Below, piece by piece: positions 61,701 through 64,000 of a DNA stretch of 64,000 nt. The DNA lies in NCBI GenBank assembly GCA_964106645.2, contig OZ067040.1. One strand, given 5' to 3'. Source of the stretch: Podarcis pityusensis. Lineage: Eukaryota. The notes beneath the pieces are model-generated. The model worked only from the letters and a program-made list of their open reading frames with translations. It had not been told where the DNA came from and searched no databases. Position 1 is the stretch's first letter. The number at the start of each line of letters is the position of its first letter. Both the position numbers and the translations under genes were made by a program.

Positions 61701-63918
61701 ACGCCATTGCACAAGAAAGCATTCATCGCGCCAAGCATGCAACTTAATTTACTGCTCTTCTAAGCTACCACCACTCTTTACCGTCCATTCAAAATCTTTA
61801 TGGAATGCTCTTGTTTCAGAATAACTGGGGAAACCTAAACACATACAACATGCAGTTGTCTTACCTTGGACACACATGTATGATTCTATGCCTACTTGCT
61901 AGGGGGAAAGCCTCAAAGAAACTTTTATGTGAACTCAGACTTAGTAAGCCTCAGCCACACAAACGGAACATGCCATAGGAAGAAAAAAAGGGAAGTTCTG
62001 TCTGACATATTAGGCAACAAAAAATGAAATACAAACCCAGTCTGCAGTGGCTGTTATCTGTGGAGCCCAGCTAGTTTACATGCCACTGCAACTCCAGAGT
62101 TGAAAATGACTACAAATGAAGTTTGTCTCAATACATGTTCGGATGAAAACTGTGACCAGCTTTTCACATAGTTGCAGCAGTCATTGGCTTGGACTTGTGG
62201 GGACAGTCACCAGAACCCTGAAGTCCCTCTCCTTAAGAAGACCATTCACATCATCAAGAGGAGTTTCAGGAATTATACTTACCATGTTGTTAAATTCAAC
62301 CATTTTTGCAATAATCTTTTTGTCAATAGCAGGAAACAGGGTATTTCCAATGTACTCCATGTCTGCGGATGAGAGAGGGTCCACGAAAACCTACATCATC
62401 AATATAATTAAATGGGGTGGGAGGTGAGACTCAAGTATTATTTTTATGTAGACACAGAAAAATGCACAGTACGCTTGCAAATGAAATAAAAATGATTCCA
62501 TTTAGAAAGGAACTGCAAGGAGGACAAGAGAAATAGTTTTAAATGACATTATGGACTTGCCTGTGTGAATCTGTTCAGAAAAGATTTGGGCAACCCCTTT
62601 CTGCCACCTCCTTGCCTGTAGGGATTCTGGCATCCAAAGATCTTTGTTTTCTTGTGTTGCACATGGAAGCTCATTCCCAACTCAGGAATGTAAATCTCTG
62701 CCCGATGGTCAAAACAAGCATTCAGGCCTTCTAGTACCGACTGAGAAGCCAAGTTCAGCTATTTGAGAGAAACCAACAGGAAAATTTACACTGCCCCTCT
62801 TCTTCACAACACACACGTTTGCCCACAAAACACCTTTAAATCTATAGCAAATAAGCAAAAGTACTGTAGTTAGCTCAGGAAAAGTTAACTTCAGATTAAC
62901 ACAAATGCCCTGGTTATTTAGCTACTCTTTTGGCTTCAAGCTCCTTTTGCACAACTCAAAAGAGCAACAGCATAGCCCAGGGACGTCCAACTCCCAAAGA
63001 CTGTGATCTACTCACACTATAAAAAAACTGGCAATGATCTACCCATTGTTGTTGGATGGACCAAAGTTGTTGAGCTTTTTAGGAGGCCAAAACTGTTGAG
63101 CTTCTTTGGGGGGAGGGGGAGGAGGAGATCACTGAGGGGCCTGAGATCTACCAGGATCTACCAGTAGATCATGATCTGCCTGTTGGACACGCCTGGCATA
63201 GCCTAAAGGTAAATACAACTGTGAAGTCAATGAGGCTGTCGGAATCCACCCAGATAAATGCCATTGCTCAGGGGTAGAGTAGATGCCTTGTGTGCAAAAA
63301 AAGGTCCCAAGAATCAATGGCTAGCATCTTCAAGTGGCACTGTTTGAAACCCTGAGCTGGATGGACCAATATTATAAAGCCACTTCCTATGGATTCTATT
63401 AAGAAAGTGTTGATTTCAAGCTAATTCAGCCCTAAGACGGCACTTAAAAGGTAAGTAGTAGTTTTAATCTTCTGTAAACTGCAGCACATCCATGACACAG
63501 AACTCAAGCTGTTTGTCCACAAAATCGCCTTCTGTAACTGCCACCCCAGAAAAAGCAAGTGTGTGTTCTCCCACTGGAAAACTGAAGATAAAATCTGAGC
63601 AGCCTCTTGAATAAATGGGAGCAGCAGACTGTTCCAGGATACTTTCTCCACGTAAGGAGAATGCACTGTTAACTTTACCATGTTTGGATAAGAGCCTTTT
63701 AAAGTCCCCAAACAGCAAACTGAGACAGCTAGAGACCTCATTTTCCAAAAAAGGAACGAAAATCCTTTTTCTGTGCTACATTAAGCTGAACTCACCTCAT
63801 CTAATACAATCCAGTGTCCAGCTTTCAATGCTGCAAGCAAAGGTCCATCACGCCAGGCAAATTCCCCTCCTTTGCCCCCTTCAACAGGTAAGTCTGTGCC
63901 AAACAAATCTGTGACGTC
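8192..63918 (-). CDS. MDN1: Midasin AAA-ATPase (Rea1 orthologue), 3' portion, 66 coding exons; 5' part lies beyond the right edge
   Basis: Exon chain with consistent phases, 11,337 nt; AAA Walker B WIVLDE, Walker A GPAAAGKT, SRAMRNRG, D/E-rich tract, MIDAS DDSASM and SDGRG, C-terminus LRQWFELVTGSDNM*; LYRM2 downstream as in mammals. Confidence 0.98.
9206..9348 (-). CDS. MDN1: MDN1 exon 65/66 (MIDAS)
   Basis: TAQLLLIVSDGRGLFLEG...NPNSR; AG/GT, phases fit. Confidence 0.95.
9902..9965 (-). CDS. MDN1: MDN1 exon 64/66
   Basis: FLESSTNMFAAAQQFSQNINP; AG/GT. Confidence 0.92.
10373..10487 (-). CDS. MDN1: MDN1 exon 63/66
   Basis: FGEAVQLLHPFHEQF...KTKIAQ; AG/GT. Confidence 0.93.
10578..10651 (-). 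CDS. MDN1: MDN1 exon 62/66
   Basis: LAYESLAVIGNALSLLEVGQIAVC; AG/GT. Confidence 0.93.
11200..11374 (-). CDS. MDN1: MDN1 exon 61/66 (MIDAS DxSxS)
   Basis: GDYRTGKRLNMRKVIPY...ALDDSASMVDNHSKQ. Confidence 0.95.
12026..12150. mobile_element. Palindromic hAT-type MITE
   Basis: GGACTACAACTCCCAT / ATGGGAGTTGTAGTCC arms; AGGGATGG / CCATCCCT ends. Confidence 0.7.
12195..12280 (+). mobile_element. Penelope-like terminal remnant with decayed minimal hammerhead core
   Basis: CTGATGA-A-GTGGAC-TTTT-GTCCAC-AAAAA-GCTTA..AATAAA..CAGACGAATATGGCTAC. Confidence 0.55.
12548..12663 (-). CDS. MDN1: MDN1 exon 60/66
   Basis: EKAAAEMWQRYLLLTAPLSQQLCEQLRLILEPTQAAKL. Confidence 0.95.
13105..13185 (-). CDS. MDN1: MDN1 exon 59/66
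   Basis: CIVKDPEELRRELEMQLEVWQSGNATE; AG/GT. Confidence 0.85.
13278..13629 (-). mobile_element. Sauria SINE, full length
   Basis: 5' GGGACGCGTGTGGCGCTGTGG (A box), B box GGTTCAAATCC (13556-13566), 3' GGGGTCCCTTTACCTTT; flanked by TACATACATACATA on both sides. Confidence 0.9.
14488..14642 (-). CDS. MDN1: MDN1 exon 58/66
   Basis: PEEVELDSQALN...STIHTAHQFLRDTSIQ. Confidence 0.88.
15089..15262 (-). CDS. MDN1: MDN1 exon 57/66
   Basis: VASEEQQKTTMPV...APSAAKS. Confidence 0.9.
15435..15660 (-). mobile_element. Old MIR/CORE-like SINE remnant
   Basis: Degenerate tail (AGCATTTGAGAATGTTCAAAGTACTTCAC) and core (ATTCCCATATTGC..GGGG..GCCTAAAGCC). Confidence 0.45.
16060..16261 (-). CDS. MDN1: MDN1 exon 56/66
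   Basis: SFKRKPGQANNERSTGDH...YDAQTY. Confidence 0.93.
16733..16834 (-). CDS. MDN1: MDN1 exon 55/66
   Basis: EHGTGAADADQSEGRESELMARL...KNTQ. Confidence 0.92.
17821..17982 (-). CDS. MDN1: MDN1 exon 54/66
   Basis: EEEDINNPDKDEELPDAIERMEHETYGQ...DQAKE. Confidence 0.9.
18258..18553 (-). CDS. MDN1: MDN1 exon 53/66 (D/E-rich)
   Basis: ENPFEIEEKTMDVDEKE...DQGLNPQ. Confidence 0.92.
19563..19701 (-). CDS. MDN1: MDN1 exon 52/66
   Basis: REYDENEVDPYHGNQEKQPEAEALDLPQDLNL. Confidence 0.93.
19880..19945 (-). mobile_element. L2-type 3' tail fragment
   Basis: GTTAGCCACTCTGAGCCCGG..GGGGTATAAATAAATAAT (minus). Confidence 0.55.
20070..20437 (-). mobile_element. L2-clade LINE 3' end
   Basis: Close copy of 416-858 (KALNGLSPVYLKE..LRSSAEGLLAVPSL), same 3'UTR stem-loop and AT-rich tail. 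Confidence 0.88.
20611..20751 (-). CDS. MDN1: MDN1 exon 51/66
   Basis: GDSELVAKDDNTD...HEQIDE. Confidence 0.92.
21123..21260. mobile_element. Palindromic hAT-type MITE (diverged)
   Basis: GCCCTCCAGAT..CAACTGCCATCA / TGATGGGAGTT..ATCTGAAGGGC. Confidence 0.6.
21798..21970 (-). CDS. MDN1: MDN1 exon 50/66
   Basis: EDDKSDEELDKQMGNLGEAEADKLDERLWGDD...GPGMDE. Confidence 0.93.
23053..23194 (-). CDS. MDN1: MDN1 exon 49/66
   Basis: VEDTYQKGQEK...EDNAIEMSDDFEGK. Confidence 0.93.
23895..24032 (-). CDS. MDN1: MDN1 exon 48/66
   Basis: GFCLPKELMEDAGGEGGTEFHDYEGGGIGEGEGKKDVSDKIESEDQ. Confidence 0.95.
24140..24185. repeat. (TATC)n microsatellite
   Basis: About 11 perfect units. Confidence 0.95.
24361..24522 (-). 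CDS. MDN1: MDN1 exon 47/66
   Basis: LFNQSCHLLVRLMPILY...HRSTGKLLSVL...ELARK. Confidence 0.93.
24732..24904 (-). CDS. MDN1: MDN1 exon 46/66
   Basis: EESLVDRLKAGHLTKLLDED...YKCK; acceptor slightly uncertain. Confidence 0.87.
25065..25240. mobile_element. hAT MITE fragment (one terminus)
   Basis: Terminus AGGTTTCCCACTCCTG (=CAGGAGTGGGAAACCT) at ~25225-25240. Confidence 0.45.
25358..25527 (+). mobile_element. tRNA/CORE-type squamate SINE with L2-like tail (internally deleted)
   Basis: GTGTGGTGTAGTGGCTAGAG head; tail GCCACCTTGAGCTCC..GGTGGGATATAAATGCAATAAATAA shared with 31919-32110. Confidence 0.7.
25728..25781. repeat. Compound (CA)n(GA)n microsatellite
   Basis: Direct reading. Confidence 0.95.
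25839..25979 (-). CDS. MDN1: MDN1 exon 45/66
   Basis: NQKSDDGFVELYSEQVELAIQAILGAIQCL...QKED. Confidence 0.87.
26988..27217 (-). CDS. MDN1: MDN1 exon 44/66
   Basis: KSFEVCSSGIECLLKV...SSISHCN. Confidence 0.92.
27641..28349 (+). mobile_element. L2-clade LINE RT C-terminal fragment, truncated at both ends
   Basis: WMAANRLRLNPDKTE..SLGVILDSQLSM..SRLDYCNAL..QNAAA*..LHWLPVRFR..LWNALP; in-frame TGA stops; no 3'UTR or tail. Confidence 0.92.
28366..28821 (-). CDS. MDN1: MDN1 exon 43/66
   Basis: NLLSCVQEIDARL...AFPPQDGVQQW...TLFHS. Confidence 0.95.
29126..29241 (-). CDS. MDN1: MDN1 exon 42/66
   Basis: EIGLGTVERCKGFTAHLMKMLVKQR...WIIL. Confidence 0.93.
29665..29865 (+). mobile_element. Older L2 3' end remnant
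   Basis: CTGTGGAATGCTCTCCCT (LWNALP) and tail TGTGAACCACCCTG..GGGCGGTATACAAATTTAATA. Confidence 0.6.
30048..30280. mobile_element. Tc1/mariner (Tigger/pogo-like) MITE
   Basis: TA|CAGTGGTACCTCGTTTTTC ... AAAAACCAAGGTATCACTG|TA. Confidence 0.85.
30624..30729 (-). CDS. MDN1: MDN1 exon 41/66
   Basis: LLSEISSSWDGCQKYFYQSLARH...APSK. Confidence 0.93.
31568..31694 (-). CDS. MDN1: MDN1 exon 40/66
   Basis: LSYRKGLAWSRSK...HPLDLSSAL...KLDA. Confidence 0.92.
31919..32110 (+). mobile_element. tRNA/CORE-type squamate SINE with L2-like tail
   Basis: B-box-like GGATTCAGATCCC, core GACCTTGGGCCAG..CTCTCAGCCT, tail GGTGGGATATAAATGCAATAAATAAA. Confidence 0.75.
32167..32189. repeat. (TG)n microsatellite
   Basis: Direct reading. 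Confidence 0.9.
32432..32578 (-). CDS. MDN1: MDN1 exon 39/66
   Basis: DVISSSHELQ...QKQRALTELFKNLANT. Confidence 0.93.
32697..32853 (-). CDS. MDN1: MDN1 exon 38/66
   Basis: AAHLEDIQG...LQGRLPKLTKRMEK...LDNFT. Confidence 0.9.
33121..33745. repeat. Long imperfect inverted repeat (probable old MITE)
   Basis: Arms ~33121-33190 and ~33676-33745 (CCTACTAGCCTAGACAGGAAAATTC / GAGTTTTCCTGTCTAGCCTAGTAGG). Confidence 0.75.
33963..34158 (-). CDS. MDN1: MDN1 exon 37/66
   Basis: TLFKFMKKFEAALNEPCR...RSHSAQ. Confidence 0.9.
34732..34805 (-). CDS. MDN1: MDN1 exon 36/66
   Basis: EFVKISKWNDVSFWAIKQSVEKTH. Confidence 0.95.
34994..35103 (-). CDS. MDN1: MDN1 exon 35/66
   Basis: MLCNVLWNLYNYYKQF...PIEKELK. Confidence 0.93.
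35934..36071 (-). CDS. MDN1: MDN1 exon 34/66
   Basis: VNLKALLGTLQAFIEGSTLGEFDTRLQML...VEGN. Confidence 0.9.
37033..37157 (-). CDS. MDN1: MDN1 exon 33/66
   Basis: CWSVSLDNTRKHHTEKSMKHWFSIYQMIEK. Confidence 0.92.
37713..37807 (-). CDS. MDN1: MDN1 exon 32/66
   Basis: DWEENASRAVSLRKHLDLVTQLIIQWRKLEL. Confidence 0.95.
38063..38158 (-). CDS. MDN1: MDN1 exon 31/66
   Basis: LLVVLDRICSFPLSSPLSKFLNGLEILLAKSQ. Confidence 0.95.
38483..38718 (-). CDS. MDN1: MDN1 exon 30/66
   Basis: SEMNDNLHGSQLLAS...PYDFYHHPN...WPDHPALVQ. Confidence 0.95.
39529..39755. mobile_element. Tc1/mariner (Tigger/pogo-like) MITE
   Basis: TA|CAGTCGTACCTCGG ... CCAAGGTACAACTG|TA. Confidence 0.85.
40087..40360 (-). CDS. MDN1: MDN1 exon 29/66
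   Basis: DFEDITAEASLEGK...IHQQLCLYFARSLWYQ...FYPLI. Confidence 0.93.
41290..41451 (-). CDS. MDN1: MDN1 exon 28/66
   Basis: VIINEWDEQERQAQEEEEQKNSLYRYR...FPLHEK. Confidence 0.93.
42289..42988 (-). CDS. MDN1: MDN1 exon 27/66 (700 nt)
   Basis: MLCQRIQKLKDQIASLSQKQAYRP...WQQSHHQFRKRL...FRHLCQ. Confidence 0.96.
43484..43593 (-). CDS. MDN1: MDN1 exon 26/66
   Basis: LHHLECEWKTHNLSTQLRTGKDLEDE...HPHI. Confidence 0.92.
44377..44764 (-). CDS. MDN1: MDN1 exon 25/66
   Basis: FTDSRFQG...GSLWVNLGLLQIQLWLPQ..DPAVKREYKL..EEE; alternative nearby AGs. Confidence 0.9.
45035..45249 (-). CDS. MDN1: MDN1 exon 24/66
   Basis: GVGILSRAVFSKCL...WDVTGLPVLS...MAEF. Confidence 0.92.
46625..46792 (-). CDS. MDN1: MDN1 exon 23/66
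   Basis: VSAEEISLVWSELVN...FWSSVVTTNPERWLTW...CSVQ. Confidence 0.92.
47698..48046 (-). mobile_element. Sauria SINE, full length
   Basis: Close copy of 13278-13629; 5' GGGACGCGGGTGGCGCTGTGG, B box AGTTCGAATCC; imperfect TSD ATG(A/C)TAATAATA. Confidence 0.9.
48277..48403 (-). CDS. MDN1: MDN1 exon 22/66
   Basis: NDSSQQSSLCSEIRQFIAFCLKFTP...DSQK. Confidence 0.9.
48830..49052 (-). CDS. MDN1: MDN1 exon 21/66
   Basis: ELWALVNLQQSKL...VQLWPAMEYLAVLWQYK...ASLQ. Confidence 0.92.
49323..49533 (-). CDS. MDN1: MDN1 exon 20/66
   Basis: DVGVVDASVQLRKISKAL...LLQAQGLVLRAN..DVIS. Confidence 0.92.
49968..50140. mobile_element. CR1-type 3' end remnant (minus) abutting an L2 3' tail (plus) with (TGA)n
   Basis: ATTGGTCCATC..CTGAATGGCAG..GCTCTC; then GAAACCCAGCCAGATGGGTGGGGTATAAATAATAAA, matching the L2 tail at 465-505. 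Confidence 0.55.
50409..50529 (-). CDS. MDN1: MDN1 exon 19/66
   Basis: LPKDIQSASQQIQACL...KLQKFWGRPLPFK. Confidence 0.92.
50649..50790. mobile_element. hAT-type MITE fragment
   Basis: Terminus CAGAGCTTTCCAAAC followed by repeated GTGTGTC subterminal motifs; other end missing. Confidence 0.5.
50989..51149 (-). CDS. MDN1: MDN1 exon 18/66
   Basis: ILHCLLWRDRFWTISD...LSLHWHWVVKHL...YEQQ. Confidence 0.94.
51985..52118 (-). CDS. MDN1: MDN1 exon 17/66
   Basis: PGSHSSLPHAIVVNLAGFFELWD...KMYE; weak acceptor. Confidence 0.85.
52264..52373 (-). CDS. MDN1: MDN1 exon 16/66
   Basis: AILFLDREKKSYVERSLI...LRMSLEFHK. Confidence 0.92.
52770..52900. mobile_element. Palindromic hAT-type MITE
   Basis: CTGGTGCCCTT..TTTTGGACTACA / TGTAGTCCAAAA..AAGGGCACCAG. 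Confidence 0.75.
53083..53220. mobile_element. Palindromic hAT-type MITE (diverged)
   Basis: GGTCCTCCACATGTTGCTGGAACTACAACACCCATCA .. AACACCTGAAGGGCC..TTCCCCATCCC. Confidence 0.6.
53249..53378 (-). CDS. MDN1: MDN1 exon 15/66
   Basis: EHVIPMDPRWNMQCLDII...KSLSN. Confidence 0.92.
53793..53906 (-). CDS. MDN1: MDN1 exon 14/66
   Basis: SVYTQLEAGAASLNNFYFSPL...QPNMT. Confidence 0.92.
54714..54967 (-). CDS. MDN1: MDN1 exon 13/66
   Basis: YDLLTMTSRFRTLP...FIEKATNQDWTLRVGWL...QVP. Confidence 0.9.
55892..56094 (-). CDS. MDN1: MDN1 exon 12/66
   Basis: HMLDLIMKHVS...LGLWPDS...DGQVLAYCLNR. Confidence 0.92.
56353..56498 (-). CDS. MDN1: MDN1 exon 11/66
   Basis: SSYTLSALMNAATLIVQQLRRG...ACWDIYV...DNQK. 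Confidence 0.92.
56742..56944 (-). CDS. MDN1: MDN1 exon 10/66 (AAA6 end)
   Basis: LFLSMDPSHGEISRAMRNRGIEIY. Confidence 0.93.
57371..57512 (-). mobile_element. tRNA-derived SINE with CR1-type tail (Squam3-like)
   Basis: Head TTGGTTAGAGTGCGGTGTTGATAATGCCAAGGTTGCAGGCTTGATCCC; tail GATCCTCAGGGTCCCTTCCAACTCTACAATTCTTTGATTCTA. Confidence 0.8.
57985..58101 (-). CDS. MDN1: MDN1 exon 9/66
   Basis: PSVLDRLNALLEPGGVLTMSERG...PHPNF. Confidence 0.95.
58750..58909 (-). CDS. MDN1: MDN1 exon 8/66 (AAA6 Walker B, LMDN)
   Basis: FSRLVEEF...GTFEWVDGMLVHALQSGEWLLMDNVNFC. Confidence 0.95.
59689..59959 (-). CDS. MDN1: MDN1 exon 7/66
   Basis: VDIIRPWKSLLEKVE...RLNNKISSYSKP. Confidence 0.93.
60177..60437 (-). 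CDS. MDN1: MDN1 exon 6/66 (AAA6 Walker A)
   Basis: VGFSILSR...VILVGPAAAGKTSL...MDTTELLGGFEQ. Confidence 0.96.
60547..60636 (-). CDS. MDN1: MDN1 exon 5/66
   Basis: VVCLFRDIFGQDAEPYMGSRQFHITPYDVQ. Confidence 0.93.
60640..60676. repeat. (AAAC)n microsatellite at a splice acceptor
   Basis: About 9 units; (TTTG)n on the sense strand directly before TAG|. Confidence 0.9.
61445..61633 (-). CDS. MDN1: MDN1 exon 4/66
   Basis: IDQEVMIEKKWGHKGGPWEFNLRDLFRWCQLM. Confidence 0.95.
62283..62390 (-). CDS. MDN1: MDN1 exon 3/66
   Basis: VFVDPLSSADMEYIGNTLFP...MVEFNNM. Confidence 0.93.
62561..62758 (-). CDS. MDN1: MDN1 exon 2/66 (AAA5; GC donor)
   Basis: LNLASQSVLEGLNACFDHR...GGGRKGLPKSFLNRFTQ|GCAAGT. Confidence 0.94.
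62978..63195. mobile_element. hAT MITE with intact 8-bp TSD
   Basis: TIR CAGGGACGTCCAAC ... GTTGGACACGCCTG; TSD GCATAGCC at 62970-62977 and 63196-63203; repeated GATCTAC subterminal motifs. Confidence 0.88.
63345..63398 (+). mobile_element. CR1-type 3' end remnant
   Basis: CTGAGCTGGATGGACCAAT...CTTCCTATG. Confidence 0.45.
63796..63918 (-). CDS. MDN1: MDN1 exon 1/66 in window (AAA5 Walker B)
   Basis: DVTDLFGTDLPVEGGKGGEFAWRDGPLLAALKAGHWIVLDE. Confidence 0.96.
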
Positions 63919-64000
63919 CTGGATCAGAAGGAAGAAAAGTCAAGGTTTCCAAATGCATGTGAAACAATTGCAATTTAGAAAAAGCTCTCCTAGGCTTGCA

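Noticed and set aside
8381-63795. Intronic snoRNAs in MDN1 (plausible for a ribosome-biogenesis gene)
   Set aside because: No convincing C/D box pair with terminal stem or H/ACA layout found by eye; an Infernal/snoReport scan is needed to exclude them.
8192-63918. U12-type introns
   Set aside because: No donor reads (G/A)TATCCTT.
1-64000. CRISPR arrays, operons or prokaryotic defence systems
   Set aside because: The sequence is intron-rich vertebrate DNA with no regularly spaced repeat-spacer array.

Overview
Vertebrate genomic DNA, almost certainly a squamate and probably a lacertid lizard (inferred from Sauria SINEs, a Squam3-like SINE, young L2 LINEs and lizard-type MITEs). Most of the window (8192-63918) is the 3' two-thirds of MDN1 (midasin/Rea1 AAA-ATPase) on the minus strand. 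I traced 66 coding exons by hand. All reading phases join, giving 11,337 nt (3778 aa plus stop), from the AAA5 Walker B through AAA6, the linker and the D/E-rich tract to the MIDAS domain. The poly(A) signal is at 7486-7491. Downstream on the same strand is LYRM2: exon 1 (5020-5064) in a CpG island and exon 2 (2502-2642); exon 3 was not found and probably lies left of the window. The most notable unannotated feature is the ~2.1 kb MDN1-LYRM2 spacer (about 5230-7330). On the minus strand it reads as a heavily decayed ZNF862/C17orf113-type hAT transposase with motifs in the correct order. It starts at a strong 3' splice acceptor just past the MDN1 poly(A) site, and its dimerisation-domain end lies inside the LYRM2 CpG-island promoter. 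Other points: a strand-biased Y-shaped RNA fold in an MDN1 intron, Penelope-type inserts with decayed hammerhead cores, a GC-AG intron and microsatellite-built splice acceptors. All calls come from manual reading and remembered family motifs; no searches were run.
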